Origin: the human T2T-CHM13v2.0 reference genome, Homo sapiens
DNA length: 64,000 nucleotides
NCBI RefSeq assembly: GCF_009914755.1
Contig: NC_060928.1
Strand: one strand, 5' to 3'
Of this stretch, positions 1 to 15,796 are shown piece by piece (position 1 is the first letter of the stretch; every line of letters starts with the position of its first letter). Below the pieces are notes generated by a model. It was not told the origin of the DNA. It did no database searches and saw nothing but the letters and a program-made list of their open reading frames with translations. A program made the translations under genes and the position numbers.

Positions 1-133
1 TTGATTTGATTTCAGGCCAGTCAGCTTGTTCTATTCTGTGGTCTTCATACTGTATGTCCAAATAAGCAAATATGTAACGAATAATTTCTGCTCTCCCCCT
101 CATATTAAAATAAGTGAGTTTGTAGTTTGGCAT
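1..133 (-). CDS. HPGDS: Hematopoietic prostaglandin D synthase (sigma-class GST), first coding exon (exon 2), codons 1-44 plus 1 nt; gene continues beyond the left edge
   Basis: Reverse complement reads MPNYKLTYFNMRGRAEIIRYIFAYLDIQYEDHRIEQADWPEIKS, the recognisable HPGDS N-terminus with catalytic Tyr8 and Arg14. ATG at 133 has a GCACC context. The polypyrimidine acceptor ttttctttttccAG sits at 144-143, so the exon starts at 142. Confidence 0.97.
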   Translation of the reverse strand, partial: MPNYKLTYFNMRGRAEIIRYIFAYLDIQYEDHRIEQADWPEIKS

Positions 134-1420
134 GGTGCAATTCTGGAAAAAGAAAAAGGGAGGGATTATTTTAAGAGCCCTCTAGAGATGCCTCAATATT
201 TTTCTTCAGAATTTTTTGGAAAACTTTATGGCATCTCTTGAGATTACTGGAGACATTAGAGGATATTTCAAAACCAAAATTATAAATCACTATCTAATTA
301 CATACGGGGAAACTTGGTTGAAATCAGATCATGACTCTCTCTTGGCACTACTTAGAACATTACAGTGAAATAACCAAATTCAAACTTTATTTATAAAAAT
401 ATTCAGATTAAGAGGGTAACTACACCCCAACCTTCAGAGCATGGAGCAAAAAAAACTTCCCACTTTAAGATGATTTTACCCTCCTTTTAGTCACTGGTAA
501 TGTGTAATATTTGATATTTTGCCTGTTTTGTTTGCCCTTGTGACACAGCTCAGAGTTTATGAGGACATCTGGGTAAGGACAGCCAAGGGCTGGGCACATG
601 CAAGAGGAATGTGAGTGCCATGCCAACCTGTCTTTGCCTCTCTTTCCTCACCTGTGGCTTTCCCTCTAGGCATCCAAGGCCTAGGGAAACACTGCTCTCT
701 GGTTCCCTCTGACTACATCCACGCTACTGGGTTTTACTGGGTTACCTGCACCACAAAACACACCCCATCTCCAGACCTCTGCAGAGATGGGGCAATCTTC
801 CTTCATTCCCTCTGTAGAGGAAGAAAGCCAAGTACTCTTACATTTCAAAACGTTTGCTAATACCGACGAATTCAGTCATTATAATTTTATGGGTTTTCAG
901 TGATTTGTATCTTTTCATTTTCATTGTTTATAAATGGTTAATGACTTTAAGCACTCGTAGTGGAATATATTTTAATTTCGTAAGATCAAACAACTGAGAA
1001 AGAAATGTTTTCATTTGAAATTCAATTCTTTGAATTTGGGCTTTGGCCAGTTAAAATCTCCCTGAATTTCAAAGACCACTTTTTATAAATAGTGATATTA
1101 ACATGGATTTGTAAATTAATGAGGTAATACATATAAGGTACGTAGCACAATGGCAAACTTAATCATTAGCATCAGTAATAATGACTTTGATCTCATTCTG
1201 TAGTCAAGAATAAACACTATGAATACAGCACACTAAAGATAAATAATAATTATGGTAACTAAATGAATAAAAGCATATAATGATGATTATTTATTTAAAG
1301 TGGTGAGTTTAAATAGTTTATTCACTACTAAGAAAGTTTTTAAAGAATATTAATGGAATACTAATTAGATAAAAGGGAAAGTTGGGCTCAAGCCTCAAAA
1401 CAAAGTTTCATCAAAAATCA

Positions 1421-1754
<334 letters not shown>

Positions 1755-2423
1755 TTAAACACGAATCATAAAAATCTAGCTTGCCAAGTCTTGACTTTAA
1801 GTTTATATATTCCTGGAGTCTAGTGGGAAGAGGATGACCTGGAAATAACTGGTTGCCTATCTAGAAGCTCCCAGGTTCAGGAAGTGACGGTGATGGTAAT
1901 TCCTAGCAAAACCATTTTTTCTGGCCCTGGCTTCTGTGTCCAGATGTTGTGGAGTGAAGCTGGTGCTCCTTGCTAAAACGAGAGAGCTACTGCCAATCAT
2001 TCCTGCCCAGTTTGCATCAGCCAGTCCAGTCCCCACCCAACTGAGATGTAGCATTCACCGCATATATAGATATGTGGGGAAATGTCCTTGAAAGAGACAA
2101 GAATTGACTAAATAAATAAGAATTCCATGATTTACAGCCATAAATTTCTTTCAGGGAGAACTATACATATAAAGGAGTTCAAATTTGGGAGACTAAATGA
2201 AATGCCCATCAGAACAATGGAACTGTTTTCCAGGTTACTTAGAAATGTTGAGCTTAGAAATAAATAGTGGAAAAGGTCTAAGAGCACGAAAATAGTAAAT
2301 AAAAAACATAATAATTAAGAGATTATTCTTATCCAGGAAAAGCATGATAGTTATAATTCCTGGACGTATTTGTTTTAAATATCAAAACAATTTTTAAAAG
2401 CCTACAGAGTGGAAAAAGTTTGA

Positions 2424-2774
<351 letters not shown>

Positions 2775-2898
2775 TGCAGCTTCTATTTGAAAAGCATTCT
2801 ATATAAAACTTTTTATTGGTTTTGTTGGCATAGTCAATGTTTCCACAGCATGAAGAAATTATATTTTCTCCCTTTAATATTAAAAGTTATTAGCATTA

Positions 2899-3193
2899 CG
2901 TGGGGCACCATGGCTCACGCCTGTAATCCTAGCACTTTGGGAGGCCAATGCAGGCAGATCACAAGGTCAGGAGTTTGAGACCAGCTTGGCCAACATGGTG
3001 AAACCCCGTCTCTACCAAAAATACAAAAATTAGCTGGGGGTGGTGGCGGGCGCCTGTAATCCCAGCTACTCAGGAGGCTGAGGCAGAAAAATCACTGAAA
3101 CCCAGGAGGCAGAGGTTGCAGTGAGCCAAGATCCTGCCATTGCACTCCAGCCTGGGGGACAGGGCAAGACTCCATCTCGAAAAAAGAAAAAAA
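2899..3193 (+). mobile_element. AluS (Sg-like)
   Basis: GATCACAAGGTCAGGAGTTT 2-bp-deletion diagnostic; TSD aaaagtta..agcatta. Confidence 0.93.
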
Positions 3194-3645
3194 AGTTAAC
3201 AGCATTAAAAGTTAAACATACAACCTTTTCTCATTCAGTCAATTACCACATAGATACCAGTGTCCACCTGTTGAATTCTGCATGAAAACAAAGTGATTGT
3301 TTTTTATTATTGTTAATTTTCAAAATCATGCTATTTTATATTGTATTTCACTCAAGTAAAGAAGACATTTAAAAATTCTCAGCATAGGTTGGTAGCTATC
3401 TATATTTCTCTGCAAAAATATCTTGAAGTCTAAGATTTGGCAGAGGCCCAATAGCAGCTAACAAATGCTTATCTTTCCTTTTAAAATATTCTTTCAACAG
3501 TTGTAACTCATTAATGAAGCTGTACTTTTTACATGACATTTCTGTAGTTATTTGCATAATTATATTTTCTGTTTGTCTCAGGAATACCAGATGTTATATC
3601 AGAACATCCATCTGTATAATAAACTACATTAAAAGAGAAAAATCA

Positions 3646-3940
3646 GGCCGGGTGCAGTGGCTCACGTCTGTAATCCCGGCACTTTGGGAGGCCGAGGCGG
3701 GCAGATCACTTGAGGTCAGGAGTTTGAGACCAGCCTGGCCAACATGGTGAAACCCCGTCTCTACAAAAAAATATACAAATTAGCTGGATGTGGTGGTGTG
3801 AGCCTGTAATTCCAGCTACTCAGGTGGCTAAGGCACGAGAATTGCTTGAACCTGGGAGGCAGAGGTTGCAGTGAGCCAAGACCGCGACACTTCACTCCAG
3901 CCTGGGCGACAGTGAGACACTCTCTCTCAAAAATAAGAAA
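3646..3940 (+). mobile_element. AluS
   Basis: GGCCGGGTGCAGTGGCTCAC start, full dimer. Confidence 0.93.
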
Positions 3941-3944
3941 CAGA

Positions 3945-4670
3945 ATTATCATGAAACATACTATCATCTCAATAGATACTAAATGCTTTTAAAAAGCATT
4001 TATAACATTATCACTCATTTGTGATCAAAATTCTTAGCAAAATGAAAAAACAAAATAAAATACCTCTTATCAAACTAGCAATAGAAGAATACTTCCTTAA
4101 CCATATAAAGAGTCTCTACTAAAAACTTATAGCAAATATAATACATAATGGTGAATCAATAAAAGCATTTTCTTTAATGTCAGAAGTAACAAGAATCCCA
4201 CTATAACATCTACTATTCAGCATAATGCTGGACAGCCTAGCTAATTCAATAATGTAAGACAACAATAAATAACATTTGTTAAGTAGTAGGAAGGGAGCGA
4301 CACAGCATCCATTTGCTGTGTCCAAAATGATTGTCTATATTTAAACTTCGAGAGATTCTACAGATAAACTGGATCCTAGATTTCAAATGGAAATGCTAAG
4401 GACCAAAATAGCCAAGACAAAGAAAAAAAGAGAACAGGAGAGGAGGACCTGATGTACCAGATAGCAAGACTTAGATAAAAAGCCTTGTAATGCGGTATTT
4501 GCTCAGAGGTGCATTGTCTTAAAACAGAACCTCATATATAGGACAGACATGACATAGAGTGAGGACTAAATGGTTCTGAGACTGAAACTAGACTAAAATG
4601 GTTCTGAGACAATAGAGGGAAAATAAGCATAATTAGACCCCAACTTTCTATCAAACACAGAAATAACATC
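3945..4670 (+). mobile_element. Old L1M ORF2 remnants
   Basis: Degenerate L1 ORF2 motifs (atcatctcaataga..., atacataatggtgaa..., ctattcagcataatgctgga..., atagccaagacaa). Confidence 0.7.
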
Positions 4671-5502
4671 TAGGTTATCTTGGTATGATTTGACTAGCAT
4701 AGCAAAACTGCAGTATCATTCTGGTCCCTTATTTCCTGTTAGCTTCATTTCTGAACCCTTCCACTGTCGTTGTGTTAAGAATCTCATGTAGAGAAAACTG
4801 CATGTTTCCTGAAATGATACAGAAGCCTGAAGTTTAAAAGCTGATTGTGTTTGAAGATATTTACATCTAAAGATCTTTGCATCTAAAATTAACCACTGGC
4901 TTCCTTACACCCCAAAGTATATCGTGTAAAGTTACTAATTCAGCAGATAGATAAAAAGCTCATTTAGAATTCTGTTTGAAAAATAACCTATACGGTTTAT
5001 CAAAGAACACATAAACGACTAATAAATACCCTGGATAAAAACTTAGACATATAAACTCATATGAACATAGCTATCCACTGCAGAAGATTTAACTTTTAAT
5101 ATTAATATATGCATTAGGAAATAAGCTCTTTTATATGGGAAATAACAGTGTTTTTAAAGTACTATCTTGGGTACTTCCTTTCTTTCTCTTTCTTTCTTGT
5201 AGCTTTTTTTTACTTTATAGAATGCTTGTTATGGTTTGGCTATATCCCCACCAGAATCTCATCTTGAATTGTAGCTCCCATAATTCCCACTTGTCATGGG
5301 AGGGACCCGGTGGGAGATAATTGAATCATGGGGGCGGTTTCCCCCATACTGACTTCATGGTAGTAAATAAGTCTCACGAGATCTGATCATTTTATAAGGG
5401 ATTTCCCCTTTAACTTGGCTCTGGTTCTGTCTTGCCTGCTGCCATGTAAGACATCCCTTCCTCTTCCGCTATGATGGTGAGGTCTCCCCAGCCATGTGGA
5501 AC

Positions 5503-6143
<641 letters not shown>

Positions 6144-6156
6144 CCGCCCCCCTCCC

Positions 6157-6330
6157 TTTTTTTTTTTTTTTTTTTTTTTTTGAGACGGAGTTTTACTCTT
6201 GTCGCCCAGCCTGGAGTGCAATGGCGTGATCTCGTCTCACCGCAGCCTCTGCCTCCCGGGTTCAAGCGATTCTCCTGCCGCAGCCACCAGAGTAGCTGGG
6301 ATTACAGGCACCAACCACCACGCCCGGCAA
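6157..6330 (-). mobile_element. Alu right arm only (Sp/Sq-like)
   Basis: T tail then gagacggagttttactcttgtcgccc...; stops at the linker. Confidence 0.88.
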
Positions 6331-6641
6331 ATTTTTTTCTTTTTTTTTTTCTTTCTTTTTTTTTTTTTGAGACGGAGTCTTGCTCTGTCGCCCAGGCTGG
6401 AGTGCAGTGGCGCAATCTCGGCTCACTGCAGCATCCGCCTCCCGGGTTCAAGCGATTCTCCCTGCCTCAGCCTCCCCAGTAGCTGGGATTACAGACGCCC
6501 ACCACCGCGCCCAGCTAATTTTTGTATTTTTAGTAGAGACGTGGTTTCGCCATGTTGGCCAGGACCTCCTAACCTCAGGTGATCCGCCAGCCTCGGCCTC
6601 CCAAAATGTTGGGATTACAGGCTGAGCCACCTCGCCCGGCC
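6331..6641 (-). mobile_element. AluS full length
   Basis: T tail, both arms, ends ctcgcccggcc. Confidence 0.92.
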
Positions 6642-8300
6642 AAACTTTTTTTTCTTTATAAATTACCCAGTCTCAGGTATGTCTTAATCAGCAGCGTGAA
6701 AACTAACTAATACAATGCTGATTTATTTCATCTGATTAATTCAATCCCAGAGGCAATTTTAACATAATCATTGAAAAAATTACAAACTTTTATAATAAAA
6801 CAATTTAACAATATATTATTCCGTATACTGCTGTAAAAGCACAGTAAAAAATAGTCTCAAAAATTCTAGTCTCTGTGCCAGAAAGATGACAACAATCCAA
6901 TTTCAACTCTCTGACAACACAGGCTAATCAATATCCAATGCCTATACTAAACATCTTAATAAAGACTTCAGCCGAAATATTTTTAGTTCAAAAAAGAGAA
7001 CTTTTGGAATAATTTTGTTAGATAGAAAACTTACAAATGAGGAATTAAGTATTGACCATTCTACAGTTCAATACAAAATGTTAGCCAACGTAAGCTCTTA
7101 CTCTTAAATACGACACATCAAGAATTCAAACATATTTGGGCATTCCAGACACAGTTTTTTACATGCTTAGTAATTGCGCAATAATCTGAGTTAGAGATAT
7201 AAAAACAAAGATTACTTGTGAATTTGCTATAGCTCTTCTTTGAGTTTAAGATGCAGATCTTAACTTGCCCAGTAATAAACTTATACAAAATGTAATGGCC
7301 TAGAGCATGTTTACACTCCTATTATATAGACCCTGGTGTTCTGAAATGTAAAAATTGGATTCAGACAGCAATCATGTGAGATACTATTGTTCACAGGGGA
7401 ACTTCTTGCATATACTGACATTAAAACAGCTTTTTATTACCCCTAACATTTGATGGTAAAGAATGTTAATTTCCCTCATTTCACAGTGTCCCTGGGCATT
7501 TCAAGTTCAATTCTGGAAAAGTTGCCAGGTTGGAGTTAAATTATAGGACAATAGAGAAATAGAAGAATTGTTGTTGACTGAGTAAGATATTGATTTCAAT
7601 CAAGCACTGGATGTTTAACTTTGAATTAGCAAGCTGAAAGCTCTATTTTTTTTTTTTTTATCAAATATCAACTAAATGTCATTTTAAGTGACTGTTTCAC
7701 ATTAAAGCCAAAGCAAGAGGAATAACTGAAATATCCTTTGGGAGCTGTGAGTTGAAATTCCTGGCCTGGGGTAAATCCCTTAAACCATCTCTGAAGCCAA
7801 AAGATGATAGGTTGCAATTCTTATCAAAACATGGAGATGCTTCAACAAAATGTGCCTTAAAATAATATAAAATATTACCAGTAAAAGTCTTAAACTTTAA
7901 AGCAAAGGAAAGAAATTGAACAGCCATGAGATAATATTCTCTACTCCATCAATCCAAGTTATTGAAGAATCACTTGGGAAAATTCTGGAAGTAGTAACAA
8001 ACCCTGATTAAGACAGGATTTTTCCTCTAGCATTGATTATATTTTCTATGTTAAAATCCACTTGAAGAGATCTTCTTAAATCTCCTGTACCTATATTTCC
8101 TTAAAAATGACTATTTGAGTTTCACATATTCGCATATATGGAGAGGTTCTGGGTAAGACAAGGTCAGAGTGAGCACCATCATGAAAATAGCTCACAAGAC
8201 AGTTAGTCACAAACAGGATATGAGAATAATAAAAACTCTGAAGTAAAGAGTAAAGCATATCTCATTTATTACCTATGTGGAGTTCAGTAATATGACTTAC

Positions 8301-8340
8301 CTGTGTTATGTCTCTCGGGAGTCTGCAGTGTCTTGTATCC
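8301..8340 (-). other. HPGDS: HPGDS non-coding exon 1 (TSS approximate)
   Basis: Minus strand ...GACACTGCAGACTCCCGAGAGACATAACACAG|GTAAGT is a perfect donor at 8300-8295. It lies ~30 nt downstream of a TATA box, and joining it to AATTGCACCATG matches my recollection of the HPGDS 5'UTR. Intron 1 = 8300->143. Confidence 0.85.
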
Positions 8341-8359
8341 CTGGGTATGTGACTGTGCC

Positions 8360-8950
8360 TTGGGTTTATATGACGAGTAAGTGATAATCACGAGCCAGTG
8401 AGAGGACAGGCAACTTCCTTCTACCTAACGCTCTTCCTTCTTTTCTTAGATAAAACATGCATGCCAGGCAGTTCAAGCCTGCGAAGACTGCTGGTTATAC
8501 AGGATATCTGGGTATAAATAAACCAACACATTTGTATACAAGGTAAAGTCAAAGTTATAGCTGCATATGTATGCCCACTGTTACATGTTCACTTATTTTC
8601 AGTTTTACACCATAGGCTCCTGGAGAATAAGAAAACCTGAATGTAATGAAATCATCTTTGCAGATGTGCACATGACTTGCTTCTCTATTTTAGAAACAGT
8701 CTCTCCTGTACCTGCTGTATGTTCCTTCGAGGCAGTGTCTAACAATGTGGTGTATTTAACTTGTTTGTTTTTGGTTTCTCCCAGTGGAATGTAAGCTCTG
8801 TAAAGGCAGGCACTTCACTGTCTTTTTCACTATTGTCTCCTCAGTTCTAAGAGGAGTGCCAGGCATGTCATGACCACTAATATACATCTGATGATAGAAT
8901 AACCCTAATTTATAGTTCACGTTTTTGCAAGGACTGTAAATTTGCATTGT
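8360..8950 (-). promoter_or_regulatory. HPGDS: HPGDS proximal promoter
   Basis: TATAAA (minus) 8370-8365; TGACG half-CRE 8371-8375; TGATAA GATA site 8382-8387; GGAAGT ETS site (minus) 8418-8413; AGTCATGTGC M-box (minus) 8677-8668; ATTTGCAT octamer 8940-8947. Confidence 0.75.
8750..8900 (+). mobile_element. L2 3' end remnant
   Basis: gaatgtaagctctgtaaaggcagg...ttcactattgtctcctcagttctaaga..gtgccaggcatg motif. Confidence 0.7.
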
Positions 8951-9554
8951 TGCTGGTTTATTTCATTTACTCTCATTTCTCAGAAAAGCCAAAGTGTTTA
9001 AAGTAAACCTGGTGTAGAAGTTTCCAATTCATCTTGTTTGTGATCCTTTTACAATTTAGTAACAAATGCCTGACATTTTAGAAATTTATTGTTTCACTTC
9101 TTAGTGCAGGAATTATTTTTATCTATAATATTAGGACAGCTCAGTGAAAAGATCCAATAAAATGCCTGCCTGGGCCTTACTGAGCCTGAGGATTATCCAT
9201 GAAACATTTCAATGACCAGCTGGCTTTCAACTTCCAGAAAATTACTCCCACAGGCAACAATAGCAACATATCAATCATTTAATATTTCTTATTTCTAAAG
9301 TGCTTTTAATTTTGAAAAATATGTTTACATCCACTTAGTATAAACGTCAGAAATGAAAATAAATGTAAATACTAGTATGTAAAAAGAGAAGACGCAAGTG
9401 TAGCCCTTTACCCACCAAAAAAGGATACATGTGTGTCAAAATCAAGTGCAAATGGGATGGGAGTGGGAGCTATACAAAATTAACACAATGCATTTATTAT
9501 CTTTGACAGCTTTAACTTATATTTTCAAAAAAATCTTTTTATCCTCACCTCAAT

Positions 9555-9700
9555 GATTTTTAATCCCTATTTTTATAAATGAGGAAACTGAGACATAGGG
9601 AAATTAGGTAAATTGCCTGCGAATTTTTGTTGGGACAAGCTAGGATTAAAATCTAGGCCTTCTGATGACACATTTAATATTTTTCCTTACATAATGCTGC
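9555..9700 (-). mobile_element. MIR
   Basis: Core ttttataaatgaggaaactgagaca. Confidence 0.7.
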
Positions 9701-10346
9701 CTATATATAATACGAGACTGCTTCAGTTAAAAAAAAATCAAGTATACAAAAAATAACACTTTTCTCATTTTGTATTACAATTTTATCTTTTACGACCAGT
9801 TGTTTTGGCTGGAGGAAAGCAGAGTAACACATCAAGGATTGGGGAAGGAGCAGCCACTTGATCCTTGGTCACCGATCAACAGAGGCTGCTCTAGAGGCAT
9901 CCATTGTCCTTGTGTGCATGGCCTCCACGCCAGGAGCTCTCTGCAGCTCCTGTAGCATTCTCATTTTGCTACCTTCTTGCCCCAGTGTGGTGGTTTCATC
10001 ACAACGCTGCCTGAGATTCCACCTGCCCAGTACCCAACAGAGCCACTTCTTCTCTGTGGTCTTTCTACCTCCCTGGAGGCACAAGAGGGTCCCAGGAGAG
10101 GGTCCCAGATCTCCTCTACTCGGGAAGCACAGCTTTCCCATCCTCTTGTCTCTTCTCCCAGCCCAGGTGGGGGTGCTCTAACTCTCCTAGTCTTCTACCA
10201 GCTGTGGGCCTTTGGGCAGGTAACTTAATCTCTCTGTGCCTGAGCTCCTTCACCTTTAGATGGAGATTGATTCTACAATAAATATTTATTTGTTCCTAAT
10301 CTTTGCCAGGTATTGTTCTGAACGCTAGAGATATAGCAGTAAATAA

Positions 10347-10733
<387 letters not shown>

Positions 10734-11389
10734 TTACAGAATTAAATGAGTACACAGATATGTGCTTCAAAGTGTGCCTAATGCATAGTTAGGGATCCAT
10801 GAGTGAGAGCAATTGTTAATATTATTAGCAGTTCACCTGAAGGGAAAATCGTTTCCCTTCAAGAATCTATGCTCAAGAATTCTTTCCTTTTCTGTGGTTG
10901 GGTTTGGGCACTAACAGCAGAAAGAGAAGTAGCTGTCAGGCAACTTTCATTTTTCACCCTGCTTCATCCTCTTCTGAGGAAATGAGCACGGAGCCAAGTG
11001 TCTACTGGAATAGGGAGGAGGAAAAGGGCAAGGGCAAAGTGAAAACCCCTCATGGATTGTTACCTCTCAGTTCCCTGCTCTCCAGGGCAGTGACTTCTTC
11101 ATGCCACACACCCTTCAGGAGCATGTTGTGGATCCAGACTGGACTGCATGAGAAATACCCGTGAAAAAACGTGTCAAGTTGTATGATCATGTCCACACAG
11201 TCATTTAAAGGCCTATTATAATTTAATAAATATGTCTTCATTTTCTCTGGGGCTTCCTAGTTGGAAAACTTTTAATCCTGTGGTATTGAATTAGCAAATT
11301 CCTAACTGCTGTTAAAAATCCAACGTTAAATCATAGTCCATTTCTGTCCTTGTTTTCTTTATTTGCCCACCTGTGTAGTAATGTGACTA

Positions 11390-11610
11390 TACAAGATAGT
11401 GATTAAAGAGTTTCATCCTGGAATCATGACCTCTTAGAGGAATCTCCACTCCATTATTTGCAAGCTCTGGGACTTTAGGCAGCTGCCTTAGTTTCCTTAT
11501 CTGTAAAATGGTGATGATAAAAATCATTCTACTCAGAGTTGAAAGGATTCAATGAGTTTGTGCATTTAAGTCACGTAGTGCCTTGCTTAGCAAGCAGTTG
11601 CTCGATAAGT
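11390..11610 (+). mobile_element. MIR
   Basis: ccttagtttccttatctgtaaaatgg core. Confidence 0.7.
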
Positions 11611-13427
11611 AATGGAAAAACACATACAATTTTTAAAACGTGGCCCACATATTTGTTCCTCTTTATTTATTTTTGTAAAAGAGAAGTGTTCAAACAAACC
11701 TATTTCTCCTTTTCTAGCTTGTCTGTTGATGGGGAAGGGGAGAAGTATCCAGGAGAAGCCCACAAAACTTCCTTTGCTCAGATTCTAGAGTGGTCTGGTT
11801 TACTTTTGTATATTTTATTTAATAAAACAGTTTTCCTTTTTATAGTTAGTTATTTGAAAAACTAAAAACATGTAAAAGTGACGTATTTAAACCTGGGGTT
11901 GAAAATACAGGAAATAAAGAATATGTTTTTCTGCTTCTAACCTACTTGAGTAATTGAAACATGCCTGCAAATATTTTAGTGTCTGTGTTTTCCCAGATTT
12001 CAATAATGATAATGCTATTATCTGAAGTCTGCCTCTTCAGATACTGTGAAGAATGATATGGTAATTATATCCAAGATTATGAGCAAATCTTTCACTACCT
12101 AGCCTTTTGGCTAAAAGAGGATTCCTATATGTAGGCAAATAATAGTAATAGAAATAGCTAAAATTCATTAAGTATTTCCTGTGGGCCAAGCATTGAACCA
12201 AGCACTTGTCTTGTATTACCTCATTGAATGCCTACAAAACAACATCACAAATAGTGCATGCACCCTTGAGTGTAATTGCATAACTGACTGGGCCTTGTCA
12301 TGAAAGCATTTATAGATAGAAAATTTCTCAGACATTTGAATCTCATTCACAAGATTTTATGTTTTTTCTTCTGTCAAGAATGAAGAAAATAAGCATTAAG
12401 TTAATTTGTTTTTCAAGGTTTTTTCAGAATCAATTAATGTCACCTCTGTACCATTACAACTTGTGCTGTAGGAGGAAGGACTGTGCAGTAAGTCCCACCT
12501 TTGCCTGTGCCCTGTCCTGTGTTCCCCAAAAGAGTCATGTCTCCTCTCTGAACCTCAGTTCTTGGAAAAGAAAAGAGATGTCCTGGTGACCTCTGAAGTC
12601 ACTTCCTACTCTATTATTTCATGACAGAATTTTCCCCCTGAAGACATTTCTCTGTCTTACATGATAATTGAATGAAAACTAAGTCCAAAAAGGCACAGAG
12701 CTCATGGGCTGAGAGTTACAGGTACACAAGTTACCTTTGTCCCCAAGTCTAGCAAGAAAGGCAAAATTCTCAGATCAAAGGAAGGCCACCCATTCTGATA
12801 ATCCCAGGTCACAGGATGGACTTACTATTTATAGGTACTAAGAAAATGCAAACAAAAGTGTAATTTAGAGAGAATTTTTTTTTTTTTGGTGAGATTAAAG
12901 TGTCTTCCTAGCAGTTATCAAGAAGAGGCAACCAAAATATACCTATTAAAGGAATTTGTATATTTGGAATTTTCTTATATCTCAAAAACAGATTAATCTG
13001 AAGAGGTGTGTTTTCCTCATGAAGTCTAGAAAAAGGAAATTTTGGAGAATAAGAAGGTGTCAGAAAATTTCTAGGACTCCACAGAGGACTAATAATAGCA
13101 AACACGGACATTTGAGTTTATCGTGTACCTGGTACTCACTCAAGATTTTAATTTGCCAAGGTCTCAAACCTAGCAAGCAGAAGATCCAATATTTGAACCC
13201 AGTAGTCAGCCTTCAGAGTCTTTGCGATTAATTACTGCATGAGATTGACTCCAAAATATAGAATACTAGAGTGAAAGAAAAGAAACAAGTTACAATCATT
13301 TGCTGACATTTTCTCAGGATTATCCAACTTTCTTTGGCCTAACTGTAAGTATCAAGCAAATTTCAGACCTAAATTCTTTCTCCTAAGCAGGTTTTTGCTC
13401 ACCATTTTATTCTGAAAGTTGGTTTTG

Positions 13428-13710
13428 CATCATTCTGAGCAAACTATCACAAAGACAGAAAACCAAACACTGCATGTTCTCACTCACAGATGGGAATTGA
13501 ACAATGAGAACACTTGGACACAGAGCGGGGAACATCACACACTGGGGCCTGTCGTGGGGTGGGGGAATGGGGGAGGGATAGCATTAGGAGAAATACCTAA
13601 TGTAAATGATGAGTTAATGGGTGCAGCACACCAACATGGCCCATGTATACCTATGTAACAAACCTGCACGTTGTGCACATGTACCCTAGAACTTAAAGTA
13701 TAAAAAAAAA
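13428..13710 (+). mobile_element. 5'-truncated L1PA 3' end (~280 bp)
   Basis: L1PA 3'UTR (gggatagcattaggagaaatacctaatgtaaatga...cctagaacttaaagta) with A tail; TSD aaagttgg(t/c)tttgcat. Confidence 0.95.
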
Positions 13711-15462
13711 AGTTGGCTTTGCATGCCTTCGTATCAAACATACAGAATTTCTGGAAGAATACTTTCAGATTGGCCTGTGATACAAAGAAAGGAAGCTACC
13801 TACAAGAAAGAAAATCAAGAAATCTTGGTTTCTGATGACACAGCTCACATTTGCTGCCCTGTTCCTAGGGAAAGAATTCTACAGTGAAAGGAGAATTTTA
13901 AGAGATGACTGCAGTAATTAAATGAAGCTTCAATCCTTAACACAAACTTATACAAGAATATAAACAACATATTGCTATGTAAGGAAAGAAAAAACTGTTT
14001 TCATCTGAACCAACGTAGCAAGAAGATCCAGAAAACAATGAACAAAATTATGCTAAAAATATTTTTCTGGCCTCCAAGATACAATTTTACTACATATACT
14101 TTGGCTTTTCATAAAGTGAGCCATTGAGAGAGAAAATACCAGCTGCTTCTAAAACTCTAGGATCCAGTCCATGAAAGGCTAGAAATGATCTGTTTTCTAG
14201 CAGTACATACATTTTGTTGGTGTTAACAGTTAAATAACTCATGGGAAGCTGCAGGCCTCAATTACAATATATCATCAAAATTTAGAGACAAGATCCAGAA
14301 TTGCCACTAGGTCTGCGATTTGGAAGAACTTATATAAATGGTAAAATTTGTCCCCTGTGGACACCAACCGAAAGATGATGTGTAAATTTGATTCTGAAAA
14401 CTTGAATGTTTCCTAAATTTTAGCACAGACTCTATGACTCATGTAACAAATATCAGACACATGGTTTTGAGATGGCGGCATCTTTTGTTTAATGACTTTA
14501 GATGGATTTGACCATTTGGCTATTCCCTTTCTGGTTGCAGACATTTTATTAGGCCCAATTTGAAAAGACAGGCTTTCTTTTCTGCAAACAAATTCATATG
14601 AAACTGTATGTCACACTGACTTAGACTTCGTGCTAAAGTGCTGCTGTGTTTCTGTAAATGTTCAGAATAAAATCTTTGCCTTTTATATTATTTCTTTGGA
14701 TGTAGTGGTAATCTCACATCAATTTTAAAATTTCTATTTGTTTCTGTTTTATAACAGCAGATTACAAATACGTATGCTCTGAACTACACCAAAATCTCTT
14801 TAGTTACACAGCTTAAGCAAGATGATATTCTGATACAGATTAGCTACCAAAGTGAAGTGGCTGTTCATGACTCATTTTTCCAGTCTTAGCAAATGGAAAG
14901 TATTACATTCTTTTCAAAACATCAAAGTCAAAGGCATCTTTTAACACCCCATGAATGTCAAAAAGTAAAGTTTGAGCTTAAGCTGATTGAGTATTTAGTT
15001 TTAGTTCTCATTCTTTGGATCATATTTACAAAGCCCTGTTTATTAACTCAAGGAATAAAATTACATAGCAATTTTCCTGGAAAATATGCTTTTTAAAAAT
15101 AAATATTTAAAAATGTTCTGCTGTTATCTTAAGAGCTATATAATGGAAGTACACAAATTAAATATATGTATTGATCTCTGGAAACAAGTCACAAATCTTA
15201 TATATTTTACTTGAAGTTTTAAAGATTTTTTTTCCTTTTGTATTATTCATATCAAGTTTAAGATTTTTTTTCTCTTTTGTATTATTTATATCAAGTTTAA
15301 ATCCTATTATTTAAATTTCCAAACTTGCTCTTTTCAAGGCTTCTGGTTAAGCATGACATATTGACAATACATCTTAATCTCATTTCCCTCCCCAAGACCC
15401 ATGAAAGGTCAGTAAAATTATACAAAAGGTATAGTCAACAAGGACAAAGAGAAAGGGTATAA

Positions 15463-15796
<334 letters not shown>

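Noticed and set aside
26-241. 71-aa plus-strand ORF
   Set aside because: It is antisense to the real HPGDS coding exon and has no recognisable protein features.
9770-10228. Cluster of overlapping ORFs in a relatively GC-rich patch upstream of HPGDS
   Set aside because: No recognisable protein or convincing splice pair; it could be regulatory, but the sequence alone does not support that.
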